Shown here in pieces: positions 11,316-21,239 of a stretch of DNA of 64,000 nucleotides. The position numbers were made by a program, and so were the translations under genes. A model generated the notes under the pieces. It did not search any database. It had not been told where the DNA came from and worked only from the letters and a program-made list of their open reading frames with translations. The stretch's first letter is position 1. Each line of letters begins with the position of its first letter. Origin of the DNA: Vicinamibacteria bacterium (GTDB lineage Bacteria; Acidobacteriota; Vicinamibacteria; Marinacidobacterales; Marinacidobacteraceae); contig OY821641.1 in assembly GCA_963555995.3 (NCBI GenBank), forward strand, positions 2,688,001-2,752,000, given 5' to 3'.

Positions 11316-12241
11316 TCCGTCGCTCCTCCCACGGGATTGGAGGGCGCCTCTTCGGGGACCGCCGCCGGTTCGGTGCGGACGAGAAACCGGTCGGGAACCC
11401 GGGCGTCAACCCGCGAGAGCCCCGGCCAGCGCTCGACCAGGTCGGGCAGGACCCCGGCGACGCGCTCCAGCCCGTCCAGGAAGCCGCGTTCGCTCAACAG
11501 GATCGGGAGCGCCGGCGACCGGAGGATCACCTCCACGCGGTAGGGACCGCCGCTCACGTCCAGCTCGGAAACGAGCCGGTCCAGTTCGGGCCGGCGGGAC
11601 AGCGCCGCCGCCAACCGGCCGGCAAGCGCCGCCCGCCTTTCGAAGTCGGCGTGACTGCGGTCGGCGCCCCGGATCAGGACCAGGTCCACCGCGCCGGCCG
11701 ACGCGAAATCGTTGGCCGTGGCGGGTCCGAGGACCGTTCCGTCGCCCGCGAGGGCGGCCGGAGGCTGCCAGTCGAGGAGCGCCACGGTCCGCTTTTCCTC
11801 GACGTCCACCAGGATGACGCCGGGCAGCAGCCGCTCCACGGTGACCCGCTCGGGGATTCCCGTCGCGAGCAGCCGCTCGCGAATGGCCGCCGCATCGGCG
11901 AGCAACCCGGTGGGGCCGAGGCTCCCGGCGTCCGGGAACCGGGTCAGATGCACCGCTCCGCGGAGCCGCAGTTCCGCCGGGCCGGTCTCGGCCGCCGCGC
12001 CGGCGGGCTCGGCGGCGGTCATCCTCCCGACCACGATTCCGGCGGCGAGCGCCAGACCCACCGACCCAACCGCGATGCGGGCCACCAGCCGCGGCAGCGG
12101 GGTTCTGGGCGCGGGCGGCGCCACCAGCCGCGGCTCGCGTTCCGCCGCCCGGCGCCGGGCGTCCGGGTCGGCATGCGGCGGGAGCTCGACGGGCATCGAA
12201 TTGGTCCGGCCCGCCGGCCGCCGATCACGCCACCCGTTCAC
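11312..12241 (-). CDS. ftsQ: Cell division protein FtsQ/DivIB-like
   Basis: Single TM helix, POTRA-like VERLLPGVILVDVEE, C-terminal VDARVPDRFLVR; lies between murC and ftsA; start uncertain. Confidence 0.8.
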   Translation of the reverse strand: MNGWRDRRPAGRTNSMPVELPPHADPDARRRAAEREPRLVAPPAPRTPLPRLVARIAVGSVGLALAAGIVVGRMTAAEPAGAAAETGPAELRLRGAVHLTRFPDAGSLGPTGLLADAAAIRERLLATGIPERVTVERLLPGVILVDVEEKRTVALLDWQPPAALAGDGTVLGPATANDFASAGAVDLVLIRGADRSHADFERRAALAGRLAAALSRRPELDRLVSELDVSGGPYRVEVILRSPALPILLSERGFLDGLERVAGVLPDLVERWPGLSRVDARVPDRFLVRTEPAAVPEEAPSNPVGGATE

Positions 12242-13655
12242 GGAGCGCCTCCTGCAGCAGGTCGGGCAACTGGGTGATGCTTCCCGCCCCGAGCGTCAGA
12301 ACCACGTCGCCGGCGCCAAGCTCGGGGGCCAACCGATCAGCCACCTCCTCGAGGCGGCCCAGGAAACGGACATCGGGATGCCCCGCACCCCGGATTCCCC
12401 GGGCCAGCTCCTCGCCGTCCACTCCGGGAATCGGCTTTTCGCCCGCCGGGTAGATGTCCGTGACCACCACGACGTCCGCACCAGCGAAGGCGCGGCAGAA
12501 GTCCTCGTGCAGGTCCCGCACCCGGCTGTAGCGGTGCGGCTGGAAGACCGCCACCGTGCGGGCGCCGAAAGCCGCCCGCGCCGCCTCGAGCGTCTCCCGG
12601 ATCTCGCTCGGGTGGTGGGCGTAGTCGTCCACGATCCGCACCCCGGCCGGGGTACCGCGCCGTTGGAACCGGCGCTCGACCCCGGTGAAGGCCTCGAGAC
12701 CCTTGCGGATCGCCGGAGTCCCCAGGCCGAACTCGAGCCCGACGGCGGCGGCGGCGAGGCTGTTCAGGACCGCGGTGCGGCCCGGCTGCTTCAGATGGAC
12801 GGCGCCGGCCAGCCCGCCCCGGATCCGCAGCTCGTAACGGGTCCCGTCCTCGGCGATGGAGATCTTTTCGGCCGAAATCTCGGCGTCCGGAGAAAGGCCG
12901 TAGGTGATGACCCGCCGGCGGACGCGCGGCAGCAGCGAACGCACGTTGTCGCAGTCAGTGCAGACGATCGCGCCCCCGTAGAACGGAGTCATGTTGATGA
13001 AACGAAGGAAGGAATCGAGGAGGTCCTCCATCCCTTCGTAGGCGTCGAGATGCTCGCGGTCAATCCCCGTGACCACCGCCAGCACCGGCAGCAGCCGCAG
13101 GAAGGTGCGGTCGGACTCGTCGGCCTCCGCCACCAGGATCTCGGACTTCCCGACCCGCGCTCCGCCGCCGATCGTCGCGACCCGGCCCCCGATCACCGTC
13201 GTCGGATCGAGGCCCGCGTGATCGAGCAGCACGGAGGTCATCGAAGTCGTCGTGGTCTTGCCGTGCGACCCCGCCACCGCCACCGCAAACTTCATCCGCA
13301 TCAGCTCGGCGAGCATTTCCGCGCGCGGGATGATGGGGAGCTGCCGCTCGCGGGCGGCGACGACCTCGGGGTTGTCCGGGGGCACCGCCGAGGAGACGAC
13401 GACCACGTCGGCGGAGTCCACCTGATTGGCGACGTGTCCCTCGAACACGATCCCACCGAGTTCGGCCAGTCGCCGCGCGTTCGCGCCGGTGCGGAGATCG
13501 GAACCGCTGACCCGGTAGCCGAGATTCAGCAGTACCTCGGCAATGCCGCTCATCCCCACTCCGCCGATGCCGACGAAGTGCACGCGGGTGCGGGTGGAAA
13601 AGAGCAGACCCCGCGTCCCGGACGACGAAAGCAGGCTCTGGGCGAAGCCGTTCAC
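12225..13655 (-). CDS. murC: UDP-N-acetylmuramate--L-alanine ligase
   Basis: HFVGIGGVGMSGIA, GSHGKTTTT, EADESD, DDYAHHP, FQPHRYSR. Confidence 0.97.
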   Translation of the reverse strand: MNGFAQSLLSSSGTRGLLFSTRTRVHFVGIGGVGMSGIAEVLLNLGYRVSGSDLRTGANARRLAELGGIVFEGHVANQVDSADVVVVSSAVPPDNPEVVAARERQLPIIPRAEMLAELMRMKFAVAVAGSHGKTTTTSMTSVLLDHAGLDPTTVIGGRVATIGGGARVGKSEILVAEADESDRTFLRLLPVLAVVTGIDREHLDAYEGMEDLLDSFLRFINMTPFYGGAIVCTDCDNVRSLLPRVRRRVITYGLSPDAEISAEKISIAEDGTRYELRIRGGLAGAVHLKQPGRTAVLNSLAAAAVGLEFGLGTPAIRKGLEAFTGVERRFQRRGTPAGVRIVDDYAHHPSEIRETLEAARAAFGARTVAVFQPHRYSRVRDLHEDFCRAFAGADVVVVTDIYPAGEKPIPGVDGEELARGIRGAGHPDVRFLGRLEEVADRLAPELGAGDVVLTLGAGSITQLPDLLQEALRERVA

Positions 13656-14731
13656 GGCGCCCCCCCGGCGAGTGCGTGCAGCCTCGCCGCCAACCGCTCC
13701 GCGCAGTGTTCGTGCACGAGCTGCTCCCCGGCCCGAGCCATGTTCGCGCGGAGCTCCGGATCGTCCGCGAGGGTGGCGAGCGCGGTCGCGAACTCCGCTC
13801 CCGAAGACGCTTCGTCCACGGCCACCGCGGCGCCGGCGCGGGCCAGCGCCGCCGCGTTCTGCCGCTGGTGCGCGCCCGCGACCGGCGCGGGCACCAGAAT
13901 CCCTGGCCGTCCGGCGGCGGCCAGTTCGGCGCAGGTGATGGCGCCGGCGCGGCCCACCACCACGTCCGCCGCCTCCATGGCCCGCGGCATGTCGTCGAGA
14001 TACGCCACCACGCGAGCGTCCACCCCGGCGTCGCGATACGCGTCGCGAATCGGGTCCTCGTCGGCGGGGCCCGTCTGATGGGTGATCCGCAGTCGGCCGG
14101 GGCGCGCGCGGAGCGCGGGCAGCGAATCCACCACCAGCCGATTCAGCCGCGAGGCCCCCTGGCTGCCCCCGGTGACCAGCACCGACACGGCGCCGTTGGC
14201 GCCCGGCGGCGGCGCCATCCGGAAGAACTCCGGCCGCACCGGGATTCCGGCAACCACCGTGCGGCGCCGGAGGCGCCGGCGCGTCGCCTCCCAGGCCACC
14301 GCGACCTCGCTCGCGAACGGCGAGCTCCAGCGGGTCGCGAAACCGGGCTCCGCGTTGGGTTCCAGAATCAGCGAAGGAATCCCCAGGAGGCGGGCGGCGA
14401 ACACCGCGACCCCGGACACGGAACCCCCGGTCCCGAAAACCACGTCCGGACGAATCTCCCGGAGCCGCCGCCGCATCGCGGCGACCGAACGCAGGAGGCG
14501 GGCGGAGGTCCGGGGCAGCGCGAACGGCGAGCGGCCGCGGACGGGGGGCACCTCGACGAGTTCCAGCCCGAATCCGTGCTCCGGCACGAGGCGGTTCTCC
14601 AGCCCCCGGGCGGTGCCCACGAACCGGATCTCGGCGGGTCCCCGCTCGGCGAAGGCGCGGGCGACCGCGAGGCCCGGATAGATGTGCCCGCCGCTGCCGG
14701 CCGCCGCGACCAGGAGTCGGGTACCCACCAT
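13652..14731 (-). CDS. murG: Lipid II GlcNAc transferase MurG
   Basis: AAGSGGHIYPG, GGSQGA, GRAGAIT, HQRQNA. Confidence 0.95.
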   Translation of the reverse strand: MVGTRLLVAAAGSGGHIYPGLAVARAFAERGPAEIRFVGTARGLENRLVPEHGFGLELVEVPPVRGRSPFALPRTSARLLRSVAAMRRRLREIRPDVVFGTGGSVSGVAVFAARLLGIPSLILEPNAEPGFATRWSSPFASEVAVAWEATRRRLRRRTVVAGIPVRPEFFRMAPPPGANGAVSVLVTGGSQGASRLNRLVVDSLPALRARPGRLRITHQTGPADEDPIRDAYRDAGVDARVVAYLDDMPRAMEAADVVVGRAGAITCAELAAAGRPGILVPAPVAGAHQRQNAAALARAGAAVAVDEASSGAEFATALATLADDPELRANMARAGEQLVHEHCAERLAARLHALAGGAP

Positions 14732-15816
14732 CACGGCACCCTCTGGGAGACCGACAGCACCAGCCCCGCCGCCAGCAGGGTGGTGAGCAGCGAGGAGCCG
14801 CCGGCGGAAACGAACGGGAGCGGCAGCCCCGTGGTGGGAACGATCGCGGTCGCGACGCTGAAGTTCAGGAACGCCTGCAGGGCGATGGTCAGCGTGGCCC
14901 CCGCTCCGAGCAGCATGCCGAAGCGATCGGGAGCCCGGCTCGAGACGAGGAGTCCCCGGACGGTGAACAGGAGGAAGAAGACCACCACCAGCCCCGCGCC
15001 GATGAAGCCCAGTTCCTCGCCGACCACCGAGAAGACGAAGTCGGAGTGCGGCTCGGGAAGGTAGAGCAGTTTCTGGCGGCTGGCGGCGAAGCCGACTCCG
15101 GTGACGCCCCCGCTGCCGAGCGCGATGAGCGACTGGCTCAACTGGAAACCGTCGCCGAGCGGGTCGGCGAAGGGATCGAGGAAGGTGAGGATGCGGGCGA
15201 TCCGGTAGTCCGCGGCCAGCACCCCGGCGGCAAACAGCGGAACCGCCACCGCCGCCAGGCCCGCCAGGTGCCCGAGGCGCGCGCCGCCCAGGAAGATCAC
15301 CGATACGCCGACCAGCACCAGCAGGGTGGCGGTGCCCAGATCGGGCTGGAGGTAGATGAGCGCCGCGAGAAAACCCGTAGCGACCAGCGGCAACACCAGG
15401 GTGCGGAAGGAATCGGCGCCCCGCATCGCCAGCAGATGGGCAAGCGCCACCACCAGCCCGAGCCTCGCCGGCTCGGAGGGCTGCAGGGTGAACCCGGCGA
15501 ACTGCACCCAGCGGTGCACCCCGTTGATGGCCGGAGAGAGCAGGGCGGCGAAGAGCGACACGATGACCGCCCCGTACACCGCCCACACCACGGCCGGCCG
15601 GTTCAGCAACCGGTAGTCCGAACGGGCCACGGCGATCATCGCCAGACAGCCGAGCGCCGCCCAGACCGCCTGGCGCTCCAGGAAGTACGACGGACTGCGG
15701 TCGCTGGCGTCCGCCACGATGGCGGAGGCGCTGTAGAGCATGACCAGCCCGAAGACGAGGAGCCCGAGCGTCAGGAGGAACAGGAGCCGGTCGGGGGCCA
15801 TGCGCCGTCCCTTCAT
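14731..15816 (-). CDS. ftsW: Peptidoglycan polymerase FtsW (SEDS)
   Basis: Multi-TM; MLYSAS, LQPSE, LQPDLGT, LPEPHSDF, GLPLPFVSAGGSS. Confidence 0.95.
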   Translation of the reverse strand: MKGRRMAPDRLLFLLTLGLLVFGLVMLYSASAIVADASDRSPSYFLERQAVWAALGCLAMIAVARSDYRLLNRPAVVWAVYGAVIVSLFAALLSPAINGVHRWVQFAGFTLQPSEPARLGLVVALAHLLAMRGADSFRTLVLPLVATGFLAALIYLQPDLGTATLLVLVGVSVIFLGGARLGHLAGLAAVAVPLFAAGVLAADYRIARILTFLDPFADPLGDGFQLSQSLIALGSGGVTGVGFAASRQKLLYLPEPHSDFVFSVVGEELGFIGAGLVVVFFLLFTVRGLLVSSRAPDRFGMLLGAGATLTIALQAFLNFSVATAIVPTTGLPLPFVSAGGSSLLTTLLAAGLVLSVSQRVP

Positions 15817-17228
15817 CGAGGGCCTCCCTCCCCGCTCCCCGCGGCGGCGAGGCGGGCCACGATGCCGCGGAAGCGCGTTCCCCGGTCCCCGTAGTTGTCG
15901 AACTGGTCGAAGCTGGAGCAGCCGGGGGAGAGCAGCACGATCCCCCCGGGACGGGAGCGGGCCAGCGCGTCTTCCACCGCCGCCTCGAGGGTGTCGTGGA
16001 CCGCCACCGGAACGCTGCGGATTTCGGCGGCGATCCGGTCCCGGGAGCGCCCGATCGCGTGAATCCCCTCCACCGGGTCGAGATGGCCCTCCAGATCGCG
16101 GAACCGGCCGCCCTTGAGGATGCCGCCGAGGATGAGGTGAATCCCGGCGCCGGCCTCCGCGAGCGCCACGAGGGCGGCCCGGGTGGCCTGGAGGTTCGTC
16201 GCCCGCGAATCGTTGATGCACCGCACGCCGGCCACCGATCCCGCCTCTTCGAGGGCGTGGGGCAGGCCGCGGAAACGGTCCGCCGCCGTCTCGAGCGCCG
16301 CGCGCCCGATCCCCAGGAGGCTGGCGGCGGCCGCCGCCGCCGCGAGGTTGTGCTGCTGGTGGCGCCCCGGAACCCGGAGGGCGTCGAGGCGGGCCAGCAC
16401 CCCGACGTCGTCGCCGTCCCGCCGGACGAGCCGCCCGGCGTCGAACACCACCTCCGGGTCGTGTTCGCCCGGCGGCCCGCCGAAGGGGAGCAGACGCGCT
16501 CCGGTGCGGCGGGCGGCGGTGGTTGCGAGCTCCCGGGTCACGGCGTCGCTTCCATCGAAGACGACCCAGTCGGAAGCCGTCTGGTTCTCGAAGAGCCGCG
16601 CCTTGGACCGGCGGTAGTCCGCGAGATCGGGATGCCAGTCCAGGTGGTCCTGCCCCACTTTCAGCAGGACCGCGACCCGCGCCCGGAAGCGGGCGATGGT
16701 CGCCAACTGGAAACTCGTCGCCTCCACGACGGCGATCTCACCGGGAGCGAACGCGCCGACGAGCGAGGTGAGGGGCTCCCCGATGTTCCCGCAGGCCCTT
16801 CCCGGCGTCCCCCCGGCGCGGAGCGCTTCCGCCAGCAGGGTCACCACGCTGGACTTCCCCTTCGTGCCGGTCACCGCCACGATCCGGTCCCAGGGTTCGC
16901 CGAGCGCCCGGTAGCCCAGTTCCAGTTCGCCCCAGACGGGAATGCCCTGGCGGCGCGCGGCCCGCAGGATCTCGACCCCCGGCGGCACGCCGGGGCTCGT
17001 GACCACCAGCGAGATCCCGGAAAGCAGGGACGGGGGATGCCCCCCGGCGTGCACCCGGGCGCCGAGCGCCTTCAGGGAGGACGAGGCGATCCGCTTCTCC
17101 GGACGCGCGTCGGCGACCTGCACGCGGCGCCCGATCCGGCGGAGCCAGCGCGCCGCCGCCTGACCGCTGACGCCGGCTCCCAGCACCAGGACCTCCGGAC
17201 CCGGGATTGCCTCTGGACGTTCGGTCAT
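15813..17228 (-). CDS. murD: UDP-MurNAc-L-Ala--D-glutamate ligase
   Basis: LGAGVSG, TGTKGKS, NDSRATN, LLSPGCSSFDQF. Confidence 0.96.
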   Translation of the reverse strand: MTERPEAIPGPEVLVLGAGVSGQAAARWLRRIGRRVQVADARPEKRIASSSLKALGARVHAGGHPPSLLSGISLVVTSPGVPPGVEILRAARRQGIPVWGELELGYRALGEPWDRIVAVTGTKGKSSVVTLLAEALRAGGTPGRACGNIGEPLTSLVGAFAPGEIAVVEATSFQLATIARFRARVAVLLKVGQDHLDWHPDLADYRRSKARLFENQTASDWVVFDGSDAVTRELATTAARRTGARLLPFGGPPGEHDPEVVFDAGRLVRRDGDDVGVLARLDALRVPGRHQQHNLAAAAAAASLLGIGRAALETAADRFRGLPHALEEAGSVAGVRCINDSRATNLQATRAALVALAEAGAGIHLILGGILKGGRFRDLEGHLDPVEGIHAIGRSRDRIAAEIRSVPVAVHDTLEAAVEDALARSRPGGIVLLSPGCSSFDQFDNYGDRGTRFRGIVARLAAAGSGEGGPR

Positions 17229-18307
17229 CGCAGCTTCAGGGTGGTGAGGGTGGCGAGCGCGCAGAGGACGGCCAGGATCCAGAACCGGACGCTCACCTGC
17301 GTCTCCTTCCAGCCCGCGAGTTCGAAGTGATGGTGGAGCGGCGCCATCCTGAAGAGCCGCCGCCCGGTGAGCTTGAAGCCGGCGACCTGCAGGATCACCG
17401 ACAACGTCTCCATCACGAAGACGCCGCCGACGATCACCAGCAGGATCTCCTGCCGGATCAGGAGCGCCTGCATTCCGATCCCCGCCCCGAGGGCGAGCGA
17501 TCCCACGTCGCCCATGAAGACGCGCGCGGGATGGGCGTTGAACCAGAGGAACCCGAGCGCGGCGCCGGTGATCGCGGCGCCGAAGATGGTCACCTCGGAG
17601 GCGCCCGGGACGTAGAGGATGTCGAGATACGCCGAGAACTCGGCATGCCCGGACAGGTAGGTGAGCGCGGTGTACACCGCCGCCGCCACCAGCACGCAGC
17701 CCGCGGCGAGCCCGTCGAGCCCGTCGGTCAGGTTGACCGCGTTCGAGGACGCGAGGAGCACCACCATGGCCGCCGGCACGAACAGCAGTCCGAGCTCGGG
17801 CTGGAACTCCTTGAAGAACGGGAACACCACGCGGGTGGTGAACTCGCCGCCGCCGGCGTACCAGACCAGGAAGGCGCCGACGGCGAGCCCGAGCAGCAAC
17901 TGGACGCCGAACTTGGTGCGGGCGCGGAGTCCGATCCCGTCCGCGCGCCGCAGCTTCTTCCAGTCGTCCACGAATCCCAGCGTTCCGTAGGCGGCCATGG
18001 TGAGCACCGCCACCCAGACGAGCACGTTGCCCAGGTCCGCCCAGAGCAGGGTGGAAAGGACCACGGTCCCCAGGATCAGGACCCCGCCCATGGTGGGGGT
18101 GCCGGCCTTGTGCTGGTGCGCCGGACCGTCCGCGCGGATCTGCTCGCCCACCCGCAGCCGGGAGAGCCGGGAGATCACGAACGGACCGAGGCCGAGCGAG
18201 AGGACGATCGCGGTGGCGGCCGCCGCCGCGGTGCGGACGGAGACGTAGCGGAAGACGTTGAACGCGCTGATCTCGTCCGCGAGCGAGAAGAGCAGGTCGC
18301 CGAGCAT
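17225..18307 (-). CDS. mraY: Phospho-MurNAc-pentapeptide transferase
   Basis: KAGTPTMGG, NAVNLTDGLDGLA, FMGDVGSL, MAPLHHHFE. Confidence 0.97.
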   Translation of the reverse strand: MLGDLLFSLADEISAFNVFRYVSVRTAAAAATAIVLSLGLGPFVISRLSRLRVGEQIRADGPAHQHKAGTPTMGGVLILGTVVLSTLLWADLGNVLVWVAVLTMAAYGTLGFVDDWKKLRRADGIGLRARTKFGVQLLLGLAVGAFLVWYAGGGEFTTRVVFPFFKEFQPELGLLFVPAAMVVLLASSNAVNLTDGLDGLAAGCVLVAAAVYTALTYLSGHAEFSAYLDILYVPGASEVTIFGAAITGAALGFLWFNAHPARVFMGDVGSLALGAGIGMQALLIRQEILLVIVGGVFVMETLSVILQVAGFKLTGRRLFRMAPLHHHFELAGWKETQVSVRFWILAVLCALATLTTLKLR

Positions 18308-19698
18308 CAGGCGTCTCCTACCTGCGCCCCGGCGGGCGCCTCGAGAAGGCGGAGGGAGGCGTCCAGCCCGACGGCCCGGGACGCCTTGAAGAGCACCAGG
18401 TCGCCCTCCCGCAGCGCGCCGGCGAGGAGCGCCGCCGCCTCCTGCGGATCCTCGGCGGCGAGCGTGTCGGTGCCCAGCGCCCCCGCGGCGGCGGCGAGCG
18501 TTCGTCCGAGGGGACCGACGCCCACCACCAGGTCCAGTCGCAGCGCGTTGGCCAGCCGCCCGCAGGCGCGGTGGAGCCCTTCGGCGTCCTCGCCGAGTTC
18601 CCGCATGTCGCCCACCACCAGGACGTGCCGCGGGGCCGGCTGGACGACGAACTCGCGGAGCACGGTGCGGAGGGCGCGGGGGCTGGAGTTGTACGTCTCG
18701 TCCACCGCGACCGCCCCGCCCGGAAGGGCGACCCGAGCCCCGCGGCCGGGGAGCGGGCCCAGGTCCGCCACCCCGCGGGCGGCGCTCTCCAGCGGCACGT
18801 CGAGGACCGCGGCGGCGGCGAGGCCGGCGAGCACGTTCTCGGCGTTGTGGCGTCCGGCGAGGCCGCAGGTCACCGAGACCGCCGGTCCTCCGAACGCGCT
18901 CACCTCGAAGACGAGCCCGGAGGGGCGCGCCGCGTATCCGGAACCGCGGACGTCCACTCCCTCGGCGAACCCGTAGGTCACGCGCCGTCCCCCGAACCGT
19001 TCCGCCTGGGCGCGGACGCGCTCGTCGTCGTGGTTCACCACCGCCGTCGCCGCCACGGGCATGGCTTCGAAGAGTTCCCCCTTGGCGGCGGCGATAGCCT
19101 CGATGGAGCCGAAGTACTCGAGGTGCGCTTCCGCGACGGTGGTCAGCACGCCGCAGTCGGGAGCGGCGATCTCCGTCAGCGCCCGGATCTCGCCGGGGGC
19201 CGACATGCCCAGTTCGACCACTCCCACCTCCTCGTCCTCGTGGGCGAGGAGCGACAGGGGCAGGCCCCACTGGTTGTTCAGATTTCCGTGCGAACGAAAC
19301 ACCGAGCGGGTCGCGCCGATGGCCGCCGCCGCCGCTTCCTTGGTGGTGGTCTTGCCGAGACTTCCGGTGATCGCGACGATCCGCGCCCCGCTCTGCAGCC
19401 GTTCTTCGCGGGCCAGCGCTCCCAGCGCCGCGGTGGGATCGGGCACCCGGATCAGGAAGCGGTCCCCGAGTCCTGCCGGCGCGCCGCGGTAGCCGCTCTC
19501 CACCACCGCGCCGGCGGCGCCGCGGCGGACCGCGGCGGCCACGAACGCGTGGCCGTCGTGGCGGGGCCCCCGGATGGCGAAGAAGAGGTCGCCGGGCGCG
19601 AGCGTGCGGGAGTCAATGGAAGCCCCGCGCGCGAGTCCGGCCGGGCCTTCGAGCGTTCCCCCCATCGCGCGGGCGGCCGCTTCGCCGGACACCCTCAC
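18307..19698 (-). CDS. murF: UDP-MurNAc-tripeptide--D-Ala-D-Ala ligase
   Basis: DSR, ITGSLGKTTTKE, GNLNNQWGLP, DETYNSSP, LFKASR; GTG start overlapping the murE stop. Confidence 0.95.
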   Translation of the reverse strand: MRVSGEAAARAMGGTLEGPAGLARGASIDSRTLAPGDLFFAIRGPRHDGHAFVAAAVRRGAAGAVVESGYRGAPAGLGDRFLIRVPDPTAALGALAREERLQSGARIVAITGSLGKTTTKEAAAAAIGATRSVFRSHGNLNNQWGLPLSLLAHEDEEVGVVELGMSAPGEIRALTEIAAPDCGVLTTVAEAHLEYFGSIEAIAAAKGELFEAMPVAATAVVNHDDERVRAQAERFGGRRVTYGFAEGVDVRGSGYAARPSGLVFEVSAFGGPAVSVTCGLAGRHNAENVLAGLAAAAVLDVPLESAARGVADLGPLPGRGARVALPGGAVAVDETYNSSPRALRTVLREFVVQPAPRHVLVVGDMRELGEDAEGLHRACGRLANALRLDLVVGVGPLGRTLAAAAGALGTDTLAAEDPQEAAALLAGALREGDLVLFKASRAVGLDASLRLLEAPAGAQVGDA

Positions 19699-21239
19699 GG
19701 GGCGGCCACCTCCAGGGCGGCGGCCGCGATCCGCCGGTCGTCCAGCGGAATCCGCAGATCCCCGAGCTGCTGGTGAGTCTCGTGCCCCTTGCCGGCCACC
19801 AGCACGAGGTCCTCTGGTCCGGCCACCGCCACCGCGCGCTCGATGGCGCGCCGCCGGTCCGGCTCCTCCAGCACCTCGGCGCCGAGCGCCGGGTTCTCGG
19901 CGCCGGCGCGGATCTCGGCGATGATGGCCTCGGGCGCTTCGCCGCGCGGGTTGTCGGAGGTCAGGATCACCCGGTCGGCCAGACGGGCGGCGGCATCCCC
20001 CATGAGCGGCCGGTTGCCGCGGTCGCGCTCGCCGCCGCAGCCGAACACGACGTGCAGCCGGCCTTCGCCGACGAGACAGCGCGCGGCGGCCAGCGCCCGG
20101 GCGAGGGCGTCCGGGGTGTGGGCGTAGTCCACCACCACCGCCGGCTCCGGCGGCGCGCCCCTTCCGGCGTCCGGCCGTCCGATCCGCTCCATCCGTCCGG
20201 GAGGCGCGGCGATGTCGGAAAGCACCGCCGCGGCCCGTTCGCCGTCGAAGCCCAGCGCGGTGAGCGCCCCCCAGGCGGCGGCCAGGTTCAGCGCGCTGAA
20301 GTGCCCGAGCATGGGACTGCGGATCTCGTGAGCGCCCGCGGGACCGTGCAGCCGTACCCGGGTGCCGTCCAGATCGGAGCGCAGCGCGCCGAGGCGGATC
20401 GTCGCGTCCCGGGCGGTCCCGAAGCCCACCAGCTTCACGTCGGGGCGCCGCACCCGCAGTTCCCCGGCGAGGCGGACCCCGAAGGGATCGTCCCGGCCGA
20501 CGACCGCGGTTCCGCCCCGGCGGAGCAGGTCCGTGAACAGTTCCCGCTTGGCCTCGAAGTAGGCGTCGAAGGCGCCGTGGAAGTCGAGGTGGTCGCGGGT
20601 GAGGTTCGTGAACACCGCCGCCTCGAAGACCGTCCCGGCCAGCCGCCCCTGGCGGAGGCCGTGCGAGGAACACTCGACCGCGCCGGCCGCGCCGCCGGCC
20701 GCGAGGGCGGTCGCCAGCAGGGCCTGGAATTCGGGGGCCTCGCGGGTGGTGAGTCCGGCTCCGGCGGGCTCGAGGGACCGGCCGGCGACCCGCGCGCGGT
20801 GCCCCACGGTGCCGCAGTAGAGGCTGCCGGCGGTCTCCCGGTGGAAGAACTCGTCCAGCAGCCAGGCCACCGTGGTCTTCCCGTTCGTTCCGGTCACCCC
20901 GACGAGCTGCAGGTCCGCCGAGGGATGGCCGTGGAAGGCGGACGCCGCCGGGCCCGCGGCGCGGCGCGCGTCCGGGACCCGAACCAGCGGAATCCCGGGA
21001 TCGGCGAGGGGCCGTTCCACGACGGCGGCGGCGGCCCCGGCGGCGGCCGCCGCCGGAACGAAGTCGTGGCCGTCGAAACGCTCTCCCCGGGTGGCGATGA
21101 AGAGGCTTCCCGGCTCGACGCGCCGGGAATCGCAGGTGACGCCCCCGATGCGGAGGTCGCCGGCGCCGGCCGGCAGCTCCGCTTCCAGACCGTCGAGAAG
21201 GTCTCGAAGCCGGCGGGAGGGGAACCCGGTGGCGTTCAT
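19695..21239 (-). CDS. murE: UDP-MurNAc-dipeptide--meso-DAP ligase
   Basis: GVTGTNGKTT, TNLTRDHLDFH, DYAHTPD, DNPR (DAP-type), AGKGHE. Confidence 0.96.
   Translation of the reverse strand: MNATGFPSRRLRDLLDGLEAELPAGAGDLRIGGVTCDSRRVEPGSLFIATRGERFDGHDFVPAAAAAGAAAAVVERPLADPGIPLVRVPDARRAAGPAASAFHGHPSADLQLVGVTGTNGKTTVAWLLDEFFHRETAGSLYCGTVGHRARVAGRSLEPAGAGLTTREAPEFQALLATALAAGGAAGAVECSSHGLRQGRLAGTVFEAAVFTNLTRDHLDFHGAFDAYFEAKRELFTDLLRRGGTAVVGRDDPFGVRLAGELRVRRPDVKLVGFGTARDATIRLGALRSDLDGTRVRLHGPAGAHEIRSPMLGHFSALNLAAAWGALTALGFDGERAAAVLSDIAAPPGRMERIGRPDAGRGAPPEPAVVVDYAHTPDALARALAAARCLVGEGRLHVVFGCGGERDRGNRPLMGDAAARLADRVILTSDNPRGEAPEAIIAEIRAGAENPALGAEVLEEPDRRRAIERAVAVAGPEDLVLVAGKGHETHQQLGDLRIPLDDRRIAAAALEVAAP

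Noticed and set aside
11312-13655. Absence of murB and ddl from the dcw cluster
   Set aside because: Common variation; the genes may be elsewhere in the genome.
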